25,282 nt of DNA from a virus (Duplodnaviria > Caudoviricetes), in the IMG/VR virus record IMGVR_UViG_3300017722_000571, positions 1 to 25,282 of that record. One strand, given 5' to 3'. Positions within the stretch are counted from its first letter, which is position 1. The number at the start of each line of letters is the position of its first letter. Both the position numbers and the translations under genes were made by a program. Below are positions 15,017-24,900 of the stretch, in pieces. The notes beneath the pieces are model-generated. The model searched no databases. It was not told the origin of the DNA and saw nothing but the letters and a program-made list of their open reading frames with translations.

Positions 15017-17122
15017 ATGGCAGATGCGATGCAGGGAATTATGTCCTTGCCCGAAGGGCAGGACACACAACAGGGGTCATTGGACCAGGAAAGCTATAAC
15101 CCGGCTATAGAGGGTTACGCTAGAGCAAATCCTCAGCAGTTTAAACGAGACATTCTTGGCGGGATGGCCGAAGCTGACCCACAATTAGTGGATGGGTTTA
15201 TTCGTCAACTAGCTCAAATTGATCTTCCATCAGACGTAGTTCAAGCCCTTCAACTAATGGTGGACAATATTTTAGCTAATCCATCCAATTATAAAAAAGA
15301 TAGAGCGGAATTGATTGCAGATGGCGTACCTGCAGAAATTCTTCCGGAGGAATTTGACGCTTCTTATTTTGCGGCCTTTAACATTGCAATTGACCAATTG
15401 GCTTTAAACATAGAAGAGCCTGCTCCTGCTGTTCCTACTTTTGCAGATGGTGGTATTGTAAACATTAAAACCATTGCAAAAGACATTGCTGCCATGGGCC
15501 GTGGTGGTGACACCATGTTGGCACATATTACCCCTCAAGAAGCAAGAATGCTTCGTGAAAGAGGAGGTTCAGGTACTATTAACCCTGATACAGGTCTACC
15601 TGAGTTCTTCTTTAAGTTTATAAAGAACGTATTTAAAGGTGTAGGAAAAGCTATTTCAGGCGTTGTAAAAGGTATTGGAAGCGTTGTAAAAAGTATTGCA
15701 AGTAGCACTATTGGTAAAATAGCGCTTACTTTTGCGGCCGTATATTTTATGGGCCCCGCAGGCTTAAACCTTGCAGGATCTGCCGGTAGTCTTACAGGTG
15801 TTACAAGCGCAGTCTCTTCAAACATAATTAACACCGTAGCAGGAAGTACGTTAGTTAACATTGCCTCTGGTCAGAAAATCGGAGATGCAATTAAAGGCGG
15901 TATTGTATCAGGCGCACTTGCTGGTGCGGGTACTGCAGTATTTGGCGGTGGTGTTCCAGGTGCTAAACCGGTTCCGACCACTGCTAATGCTTTTGAGAAA
16001 TCAATGGGTCTTTCTAAGTACTCTGCCCCAGCAAGCGTTGCAGATGATGTAATAACTGGTTCTTTAGATGACGCAGTCTCAGCGACTAAGGACGTAGCTA
16101 CTCCAACAAACGCAGGACCATCCTCGGTCACAGTCGCAAATCCTACGCCTTACACTGCTCAGACATATCCACTTGCTCCACAAGCACCTATTCAAGGTTA
16201 TCCTATTGGACAGGCTCCAGGAACTACTGTAGGTAGTACTCCAGGTGCCTCAGGTGCATTAGAACCCTTTAAAATGCAAAGTACGGGTGAATACGCGAAC
16301 AAGTTACTTGGGGCACAGGCTACTCCTGTCGCAGGTGTTACTCCGGCAACCGGAGGTATTACCAACCTTTCCGCTTCAATTGCGGATGATGTAGTTACAG
16401 GCGCTGGAACTTCAACTTCCCCTGGTGTAATGGATTTACTTAAAAAAGGTGAAATAAGTAGCGCAGCTAAGGAAATTTGGAAAAACATCTCTCCTTCTGC
16501 AATCAAGGATCAAGGAATAAAAGATGCATTGAAATCAGTTAAAGATAAATTTCCAAGTGCTACGGATGACATGATTATAAATGCCCCTTCAGGGAGTGTT
16601 CTAAATAAAGCATATGATGCAGCACTACCTGGTATCGTAGCTCAATACGGTCCTTTATTAGGTGTAGGAACAGCGGCCATGGGGTTATTAGGTGGATTTG
16701 GTACGATACCTTCTGAAATGCCTCCCGGCTTTGATGGCCCTACTGGACCCGAGTTATTAGAGGCTAATCCTAGTATGTACGGGTTGTCTTTTGGGGGCAC
16801 CAAATCTACTTACTCTACTAGAAATCCATATGAATCGATGTATAGTAAGCCTACAAACCCATTTAAAACAGCTGTTAGTGGCGGCGTTCCTACTCCAACA
16901 ATGAAAATGGCTACAGGTGGTGTTGCAGAATACCCACGTAAAACAGGGCACATTGCAGGCCCTGGCACAGGGACTTCTGATTCTGTTCCTGCAATGCTAT
17001 CAGATGGTGAGTTTGTATTTACGGCCAAAGCAGTACGGGCCATGGGCAACGGATCACGAAGAAAAGGTGCTAAACGCATGTACGCAATGATGAAAGATCT
17101 TGAAAGGAAAGTAAATGGCTGA
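15017..17122 (+). CDS. Internal virion / DNA ejection protein 1
   Basis: First gene after the tail genes; GRGGDTMLAHITPQEA...INPDTGLPEF module, amphipathic and hydrophobic segments, C-terminal GPGTGTSDSVPAMLSDGEFVF module. Confidence 0.65.
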   Translation: MADAMQGIMSLPEGQDTQQGSLDQESYNPAIEGYARANPQQFKRDILGGMAEADPQLVDGFIRQLAQIDLPSDVVQALQLMVDNILANPSNYKKDRAELIADGVPAEILPEEFDASYFAAFNIAIDQLALNIEEPAPAVPTFADGGIVNIKTIAKDIAAMGRGGDTMLAHITPQEARMLRERGGSGTINPDTGLPEFFFKFIKNVFKGVGKAISGVVKGIGSVVKSIASSTIGKIALTFAAVYFMGPAGLNLAGSAGSLTGVTSAVSSNIINTVAGSTLVNIASGQKIGDAIKGGIVSGALAGAGTAVFGGGVPGAKPVPTTANAFEKSMGLSKYSAPASVADDVITGSLDDAVSATKDVATPTNAGPSSVTVANPTPYTAQTYPLAPQAPIQGYPIGQAPGTTVGSTPGASGALEPFKMQSTGEYANKLLGAQATPVAGVTPATGGITNLSASIADDVVTGAGTSTSPGVMDLLKKGEISSAAKEIWKNISPSAIKDQGIKDALKSVKDKFPSATDDMIINAPSGSVLNKAYDAALPGIVAQYGPLLGVGTAAMGLLGGFGTIPSEMPPGFDGPTGPELLEANPSMYGLSFGGTKSTYSTRNPYESMYSKPTNPFKTAVSGGVPTPTMKMATGGVAEYPRKTGHIAGPGTGTSDSVPAMLSDGEFVFTAKAVRAMGNGSRRKGAKRMYAMMKDLERKVNG

Positions 17123-19901
17123 GATAACCTATCAAGGACAGATAGTACGTGAAGCTCCCGAAATTGAGGCCTATAAACTAGGTCTCTTAAAAGAAGCTCA
17201 AAGTCTTTACGGACAACCAATGAACCTTCCTGCCGTAGAAGCGGTAGGCTTATCACAAGGACAACAACAAGCAGCAGACCTTGCTCGTCAAGGTATTGGC
17301 GCATACCAGCCTTACTTAGAAGCAGGATCAGCAGGCATTACCCAGGGGCAAAACCTTGCTCAACAAGGCGCTAATATCATAGGTGGCATCAACACCGCAC
17401 CTCAGTTTAATGCAGCTCAAAACGCTACTTTAGCGGGTATTACGGCTGCAGGTGGCGTAGGGCAAGCGGCTAATATTGCAGGGAATTTCTTGCAAGCAGA
17501 CCTTGGTGCCTCTCAAAATGTGTTAGGGCAAGCGGCTAACCTTTCAAATCAAATGGTGACACAGGGAGCGCCTGCTCAACAAGCTGCTCAAAATACTATT
17601 AGCCAGGGTGCGGGTGCGTTTAACCAGATGACAGGTGGTGCTGCTGCTCAAGGGGCAGGTCGGACCATGGTAGGTCAAGGCGCAAATGCGTTTAACCAGA
17701 TGGCCAGTGGTGCTGCTGCTCAAGGAGCGGGTCGAAGCCTTGTATCTCAAGGCGCTGAACGTGCAAATGAAATGGTTGACGCGGGAATTGGAGGTATTAA
17801 TCGAGGACAAACCACCATTGGCCAAGGTATTTCTTCTGCAGGGCAGATTGCAGATGTAGGGCTAGGTGCTCAAACAACCGGTCAAAGCATGGTAGGAAGG
17901 GGTGCTCAACGTGCCGATGAAATGGTTAATGCTGGAATGGCAGGTATTAATCAAGGTCAGCAGACTGTTGGACAAGGTATTTCTTCCGCAGGAAGAATTG
18001 CAAATGCGGGTCTAGGTGCTCAAGCAACTGGCCAAGGAATGGTAGGTCAAGGCGCTCAACGTGCAAATGAGATGATTGGTGTAGGAATGTCCGGCATTAA
18101 CCAGGGACAACAAACACTTAATAGAGGCATCGCTTCCGCTGGTCAAATTTCAAATGAAGGACTAAGTGCTCAAGCTACAGGCCAGGGCATGGTATCTGAA
18201 GGCGCAGGTCTGGCTCGTAACATGGTTGGTGCCGGCGTTGGTGCACAAGAACAGGGATTATCAGCCGTTCAACAGGGTATTGCAGGGCTACAGCAGGCTA
18301 CTCAAGCGTATAATCCTAATCAAGCACAAGCATTCATGAATCCTTATCAAGAGCAGGTAACGCAAAAAGCTTTAGAGCAAATGCGTCGCCAAAGTGACAT
18401 CGCTAACCAAGGACTAGCGGCTCAAGCGGTTCGTTCTGGTGCGTTTGGTGGCACCCGTGAAGGTGTTCAACGCGCCGAACAGGAGCGTAACTTGCAAGAC
18501 GTGATGTCTCAACGTGTCTTTCAAGATATGGCGGCTAATTATGGACAAGCACAAACAGCAGCCATGACAGCACAGGAACAACAGCAACAACGTCAGTTAG
18601 CTGCAGGTCAAGGCATTACTAATGCAGGTACAGCTCTAGGCACACTTGGCACAAACGCTGCTAATATCTACGGTCAAGCAGGTCAACAACTAACGCAAGC
18701 AGGGACTGCGGCAGGGGCTCTAGGTACTAACGCAGCTAATATACGTAGTCAAGAAACTCAAGCATTAACCGCATTAGGCGCACAACAAGGTGCTTTAGGT
18801 ACTAACGCAGCTAATATTTATGGACAAGCAGGTCAGCAGTTAACCCAAGCAGGAACTGCTGCTGGTGCTTTAGGCTTAAATGCTGCTAATATACAGAGTC
18901 AAGAAGCTCAAGCCCTGGGTTCTTTAGGTGCGCAACAAGGTATTTTAGGTACAAATGCAGCTAATATATTAGGTCAATCAGGGCAACAATTGACACAAGC
19001 AGGAACTGCTGCCGGTGCTTTAGGTTTAAATGCTTCTAATATCTTAAGTCAAGAGGCACAAGCGCTAGGATCATTAGGCTCACAGGAAGCTGCTTTAGGT
19101 ACTCAAGCTGCTAATATACTAGGTCAATCAGGGCAACAATTGACACAGGCAGGGCAAGCGCAAGGTGCTTTAGGGGTTAATGAAGCTAATATTTATGGTC
19201 AAATGGGGCAAGGATTGACCCAAGCAGGCCAGGCAACTGGGGCTTTAGGCGCCAATGAAGCTAATATTTATGGTCAAATGGGTCAAGGATTAACTCAAGC
19301 AGGCCAGGCGCAAAGTGCCGTAGGAACTAACCTCGCTAACATATATGGTCAAGCAGGACAGCAACTAGGCAATATTGGAACTACACTGGGCCAACAAGGT
19401 ATCTCTCAGGCTCAGTTAGGTCAATCAGGTGCCTCTACAATGGGTTCATTAGCGGGCAACCAAGCTCAATTATATGGCACCTTAGGCCAAGGCATCGGCT
19501 CTCTTGCTAACCAAGAAGCGGGTGTTAACCTTCAACGAGGTGCTTCTTTAGGCTCACTTGGTACTAATATTGGTTCAATGGGCGTGCAACAAGCAGCCCT
19601 TGGCCAAGCAGATCAACAGCTTAAAGCAGCTGACGTCGCTCTTATGTCTGGTATTGGCTCACTTGAACAAACAAATGCTCAAGCACAATTGGATGCACAG
19701 CGTGCTACTCAACTGCAAGAAACTATGGCACCATATCAACAATTGGCGTTTGTATCAGATATTTACAAAGGTGCTCCATCAAGCCAAATGTCATTAACAT
19801 CAAGTAGTGCGCCTAGCGCTTCTCCTCTTCAGTCTGCAATTGGGACTGGAGTGGGAGCAGTAGCTACTGCTGCTGGAGCTCAAAAATCTGGATTATTCTA
19901 A
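17115..19901 (+). CDS. Internal virion / DNA ejection protein 2; Q/G/A-rich helical repeat protein
   Basis: Central FMNPYQEQV...GAFGGTR core flanked by two arrays of ~25-aa repeats; C-terminal hydrophobic SAIGTGVGAVATAAG. Confidence 0.7.
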   Translation: MAEITYQGQIVREAPEIEAYKLGLLKEAQSLYGQPMNLPAVEAVGLSQGQQQAADLARQGIGAYQPYLEAGSAGITQGQNLAQQGANIIGGINTAPQFNAAQNATLAGITAAGGVGQAANIAGNFLQADLGASQNVLGQAANLSNQMVTQGAPAQQAAQNTISQGAGAFNQMTGGAAAQGAGRTMVGQGANAFNQMASGAAAQGAGRSLVSQGAERANEMVDAGIGGINRGQTTIGQGISSAGQIADVGLGAQTTGQSMVGRGAQRADEMVNAGMAGINQGQQTVGQGISSAGRIANAGLGAQATGQGMVGQGAQRANEMIGVGMSGINQGQQTLNRGIASAGQISNEGLSAQATGQGMVSEGAGLARNMVGAGVGAQEQGLSAVQQGIAGLQQATQAYNPNQAQAFMNPYQEQVTQKALEQMRRQSDIANQGLAAQAVRSGAFGGTREGVQRAEQERNLQDVMSQRVFQDMAANYGQAQTAAMTAQEQQQQRQLAAGQGITNAGTALGTLGTNAANIYGQAGQQLTQAGTAAGALGTNAANIRSQETQALTALGAQQGALGTNAANIYGQAGQQLTQAGTAAGALGLNAANIQSQEAQALGSLGAQQGILGTNAANILGQSGQQLTQAGTAAGALGLNASNILSQEAQALGSLGSQEAALGTQAANILGQSGQQLTQAGQAQGALGVNEANIYGQMGQGLTQAGQATGALGANEANIYGQMGQGLTQAGQAQSAVGTNLANIYGQAGQQLGNIGTTLGQQGISQAQLGQSGASTMGSLAGNQAQLYGTLGQGIGSLANQEAGVNLQRGASLGSLGTNIGSMGVQQAALGQADQQLKAADVALMSGIGSLEQTNAQAQLDAQRATQLQETMAPYQQLAFVSDIYKGAPSSQMSLTSSSAPSASPLQSAIGTGVGAVATAAGAQKSGLF
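17529..18272 (+). repeat. N-arm coding tandem repeat: 10 units of 24-25 aa (72/75 bp; 150 bp dyads)
   Basis: aa 139-386; for example QGISSAGQIADVGLGAQTTGQSMVG / QGISSAGRIANAGLGAQATGQGMVG. Confidence 0.9.
18648..19397 (+). repeat. C-arm coding tandem repeat: 10 units of 25 aa (75 bp)
   Basis: aa 512-761; consensus G-x-N-A-A-N-I-x-(G/S)-Q-x-x-Q-x-L-x-x-x-G-x-x-x-G-A-L. Confidence 0.9.
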
Positions 19902-19910
19902 GGAAAAAGC

Positions 19911-21941
19911 ATGAAATCTAAAATTCTAGACCGCCCTATGTTTAAAAAACCCGTCGACGAGACGGATGTTGAAAACGTAGGGATTATGCAAGGTTTCATG
20001 GACGAGGAGGCAGATGATGACCTTGACTATGGAAAATACATGCAGGAAGAAGAAGGTGATGATGACGAAAGCGACATGGCTAATGTCATGGACCGTCGTC
20101 CAAACTCACCTGAAATTCTAATGAATAATCTTCGCGGTGACATGCGCTCTGTCGATGCGCGGGTCGAGGAACTTGCTGATTTAGTCGGTTACAACGCAGC
20201 TGCGGATACCCCTCCTGAAGTGCTTGCATTGCTTCAGCCTGTCTTAGCACAGGGTATTGGTTCAATGCCCGCGGAACAGGCCTTAGGTCAGCCTATGCCT
20301 CCAGCACCACCAGCACCTCAAGGTGGAATGCCTCCTGCCCCTCCAGGCGGAATGACTCCTCCAATGGCAATGCCACCAGGACCACCGCCCGCGGCTCAAG
20401 GGCCAGGCGCACCTGTAGCGATGGCAAACGGAGGCTATGTACAACGTTTTAGCGACGGGACCGATGAGGATGGCGTGACCCCGATGAATGAGACATCCTC
20501 TTTTGCTGGACTGTTTCCTCCGGAAACAGTAGATCTTGCACGTAGACAGGTATTAGCTTCTTTAGGTAAAAAACCAATGGCTGTCCCTGATCTAGCCGCA
20601 GAAGTAGATAAACGCGCTCCTTTATATGAAAAAATACTAGGTGTCGACTCTAAACAGACTCAAGCACAGATTTTATTTGAATTAGGTAATCGCGCATTTA
20701 ACTATGCAGCTAACGTGGATGACCAAGGAAATCGTTTAAGAGGGTCTCAAGCCGCTCGTTTAGCAGGTGCAATACGTACACTTCCAGGTGCAATTGGAGG
20801 CATTACTTCTCAAATAGAACAACAAAAACGAGCAGTTAAAACAGCGGCGCTTCAAGCTACAGAAAAAGATGTTCAAGCTATCCGTGAACAAAATACTAAA
20901 TTGGTGGCAACTCAAACTAAACTTTGGCAAGAAATTGCAAAAACAACTAAAGACAAGGCACTAAAACCTGAATTGGAATTATTAGCTAAATATGCTCCTG
21001 AATATGCCGCGGGTACACTTTCTCCATTAATGGATCGTAAGTTTGAGGCCGCTTATTCCGTTATAAGTCAGCCTACTCAATTTACGGATGAATATGGAAG
21101 ACTTAAACTACGTGAGCCTGTCATCCCTAAGTTTTTAACTTCTGCTTTTGAAACAAGAGAAGGGTTAGCTAAATTAACGCCTAAAGTAAAAGCACCTGGT
21201 GTAGATTCGGCTATGCCTGAAAGAAGTGCAGTATCGGTAGCAGAGTCTGGAAGTGATGATAGAGCAAAACAAGAGGATATTGCACGTAGATTTAAAACAG
21301 CAAAATCGCAGTTTGAGGCAGGGACAATGCCTAAAGCAGTGTATGACGATTTGGTAGGTACATTGAATGAAGAATCAAAACAGGTAAAAGCTTCCATAGG
21401 AGAAACAACCCCTGTTAAAGACAAAACAGCTCCTAAAGAGACATCACTTTGGGGTATTGCAACTGATTTTACAGGCCCCTATGCCTCTTTAAGATCTGGA
21501 TTTAGTTCTATTCCATCACTAGGGGGAACTAGCCCAGAAGTAACTCGTGCAAGATCATACGCAAGCAGTGCTATAAACCAGATTGTAGCAGCGTTAGGTA
21601 CAACAGCTAGATTTGGCAATACCGAACGTGAACAGATTAAATCTGAATTAGGGCTAACTCCTTCGGCCTTTCAAGACCCTAGAAAATTTATGGAACGTTT
21701 AGTTGGCTTAGATGATCTTTTAACACAGGAAATTGATAACGCTAACCGTGTAATTAAGGATCCAACGGTTCCTGTAGAATTACAAAAACAAGCTGAAAAG
21801 TCTTTTGCGGATCTTAATAGTGCTAGGAAATTCCTTAGCATTCCAAGGGTATCTTCAGAGGAAGAGGGTAGGAGGTATCCTGTAGGTTCTTTTGTTCTGT
21901 ATAATGGAAAAATATTAGAAAGAAAACTTAAGGAACAATAA
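19911..21941 (+). CDS. Internal virion / DNA ejection protein 3
   Basis: RBS AAGGA; acidic N-terminus, Pro-rich linker, MANGGYV motif, then a helical body; position in the ejection cluster. Confidence 0.6.
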   Translation: MKSKILDRPMFKKPVDETDVENVGIMQGFMDEEADDDLDYGKYMQEEEGDDDESDMANVMDRRPNSPEILMNNLRGDMRSVDARVEELADLVGYNAAADTPPEVLALLQPVLAQGIGSMPAEQALGQPMPPAPPAPQGGMPPAPPGGMTPPMAMPPGPPPAAQGPGAPVAMANGGYVQRFSDGTDEDGVTPMNETSSFAGLFPPETVDLARRQVLASLGKKPMAVPDLAAEVDKRAPLYEKILGVDSKQTQAQILFELGNRAFNYAANVDDQGNRLRGSQAARLAGAIRTLPGAIGGITSQIEQQKRAVKTAALQATEKDVQAIREQNTKLVATQTKLWQEIAKTTKDKALKPELELLAKYAPEYAAGTLSPLMDRKFEAAYSVISQPTQFTDEYGRLKLREPVIPKFLTSAFETREGLAKLTPKVKAPGVDSAMPERSAVSVAESGSDDRAKQEDIARRFKTAKSQFEAGTMPKAVYDDLVGTLNEESKQVKASIGETTPVKDKTAPKETSLWGIATDFTGPYASLRSGFSSIPSLGGTSPEVTRARSYASSAINQIVAALGTTARFGNTEREQIKSELGLTPSAFQDPRKFMERLVGLDDLLTQEIDNANRVIKDPTVPVELQKQAEKSFADLNSARKFLSIPRVSSEEEGRRYPVGSFVLYNGKILERKLKEQ

Positions 21942-24900
21942 TGGAAAAAGGTGATGGTTTTTCTAAAAATACTACAATAGATTTAGGGGACGGTACAGAA
22001 TTAGTTCCAGCACAGAGTAGTCCCTTACAAGGTGTAAGGGACTTATTTGGTAAGGGCTCTAGTTCACCTCCACCTAGTCCCTCTGCAATAGATTTAGGGG
22101 ACGGTACAGAATTAGTAGGGGAACCTACTCTACAAGAAAAAGCCACAGAGGTTATGTATGGCACCGGAATTGGTGCTGCGCAAGGTGGGGGTACGTTTGG
22201 GACAGCAGTGGCAGGCGCCCGCACAGCAGCTGCTGCCATGCCTATCCCACAATTAAAACCTGCGGCAGGTGTGGTAGGAGGATTGGTAGGGTTAACAGCA
22301 GGTTATCTTGCTACGCATAATATCGATCAATTATTTCCAGAATTAGCCCGTGCAGATTTAATTCCCTATCGCGAAGGCGGAAAAACGTTTGGTGAGACAA
22401 TCGCCTCAGCGCCTGTCGCGTTTGGTATACCTGTTATGCAGGCAAATCGCGTGGCACGCATGATTTCTACCATTGGTGAAGGTGCCCGTAAGTACCCTAA
22501 ATCATACCTTGCAGGAGAATTATTAAGTGGCATAGGTGCAGGAACTGCCGGAGGCATTTCAGAATCCTACTTTCCAGGGGAGGCAGGTCCTCGCTTTGGG
22601 GCAGAAGTAGCAGGGGGAATGTTTACGCCTGGAAGGATGTTAGTTTCAGGCGCTGGCGCTATTAACAACGCTATTACAGGAATTGCAAGTAGCTTTTCGG
22701 CTTCTTCACGAGAAGGTCGCGCTGCGAATGCGCTATATAAAATCCTGTCTGATAGTCAGGCAGGGACAGACGTACCGAAACTTATCAAATTACTGGAACA
22801 ACCGCTACCCTCTGTAGATGGGGAAATAATTAAGCCTACTGCTGGTCAAAAAACAGGGGATTTAGGTCTTACTATTCTTGAGACTACGTTAGCAAGACGC
22901 CATGCCGAATACGGTGGGAAAATAGCCGATCAAGGCGCAAAGGCTATGATGGCGTATGAAGAGCTGGTTTCTAGGCTAAGAAATCTGGGGTCTCCAGAGG
23001 CACTTCAACTAGCTGCCAAATTACGTGCAGACAAAACAGAAGCAATGCTGGAGGATCGTTTAACCCAAGCGGACGAAGTAGCCGCTTCTAAAATTGCAAA
23101 AATTCAAAAGGATAGCCCTCAGACCCGTCCTCAAATTGGTGAAATTGTTCGTTCAGAGACCGAGCGAGCACTAGCGGATGCTCGTTCTCATGAAAAAGAA
23201 CTATGGGATAGAGCTTATAAAGGATCTTTACGTACAAAAACGGTTAAGGGGCAAAAAGTATTAGTATTTAAAGAAGTCAACCCTGCCAATGCGGGAGAGT
23301 CTTTTTTAGAAATTGCTACGTCAATGACGCCTGAACGTTTTAACTACAGAATGCCTGCAGAAATTAAAGGTATTATGGCACGTCTTGGGGTAGATGAGTC
23401 GGCTATTGCTCAGTATGCGGCAGGTAAACGAACACAAGAATACCTCCAAACTGGTAAGGTTCCTATGGAGTACCTTACTAAGGTGCAAGGGAAAAAAATT
23501 GTTCCGCTATTCAAAAACACCAATATTCAAGATTTAATTAACATACGTAGTGACTTACTTGCATTTTCTAGGGAAGCAGCTGCTTCTGGAAAAACAGCGG
23601 AAGCGGGTTTTTATGGGAAAATGGCAGAATCTGTTTTAGATGATTTGGCATCTAGCAAAAACCCTGCTTACGATGACGCACGTCAATTTTCACGCCAGTT
23701 AAATGATTTCTTTACACGTACATATTCGGGAGATATTAGTGCTGTAAATAAAAAAGGCGCTGATAAATTACCCGCAGAGGTTTTAATTTCTAAGGCCTTT
23801 GGTAGTAATAATGATGTTACTGCTTTACGTATGGGAGAGATTGAAGATGCTGTAGGCATGATGGGTAAGCAGTATGACGATGCTGTAACTAAGTTTGGTG
23901 CAAACAGTCCCCAAGCCCAGCAATTAAAACCATATGCAGATGTTTCTAAGCAGCAGGTAGTCTCCATTCGAGATGCCAACGCTCGCGTATTAAGATTAGC
24001 TGCCCTTGAAACACTTGATCCAGTTACTCAACGTGTAAGCCCTGCTAGACTTCAACAATTTGTAAATAAAAATAAGGATTTACTCGGTAAACTAGGACTT
24101 ACTGATGACTTATCTGATGCAGTTAAAGCCGAAACAGCTTATCTATCATTAAAATCAGACTTTAGCGCTGTTAATTTACGCCTCAAAGAACAAGCGGCTT
24201 TTTCTAAAGTACTTCAAGCAGGGGAAAATCCTACTTTAGCTATCACAGATGCAATAAATAGTAGATACCCTGTTAAAACCATCAATAGCATTGTAAGGCT
24301 TGCTAAGGCTTCTGGACCAGATGCTGTAGCCGGTTTAAAATCTACAATGTACGATTATGCCTTTACTAAAGCTTCTACTGGCAATGGTAATTTTAGTGCA
24401 GAAGCCTTTAATAAAGCCTTTTTCGAGCCTATTGCCAATGGTCAACCTTCTATCTATAACATTTTGCGTAGTCAAGATGCAATTAGTTTGACTGAAGCAA
24501 AAAACATGAAGCGGCTGATTAATCCCATGATCCGTATTGAAGCGGCTATTAAAAGTAATCGAGTGACAGATGATGTAGTTAATGGTGCAGATGCTTTATT
24601 AGAACTAGGCCTACGTGCAACCGGTGCTAAGTTCGGTGCAGAATTGACTCCTGGTAGTACAGGGTCGTTGGTTGCTGCGTCTGCGGGCTCTAAGTTTATG
24701 CGTAAACAGTTTGATAAACTTCCTACGATGATGGTTAAAAACATTCTTGAAGAAGCTTCTAAAGATCCTCAAGCAATGGCCTTACTACTTAGAAGAGGTG
24801 TGTCTCAAAACCAGAAGTATGATATTTCAGCTAAACTTGCACCTTTCCTTGCCCGTACCGCTTTTGGTGCGCGGGCTCCTATGTTAAATCTGTTTGATCC

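Noticed and set aside
15017-19901. Siphovirus tape-measure protein
   Set aside because: Despite the tape-measure-like motif and repeats, there is no major tail tube, tail chaperone pair or baseplate gene; the adaptor-hub-ejection order indicates a short-tailed phage.
21975-22116. 31-bp repeat as a mini-CRISPR array
   Set aside because: Only two copies, an 80-bp spacer, in frame within a long ORF, no palindrome and no leader.
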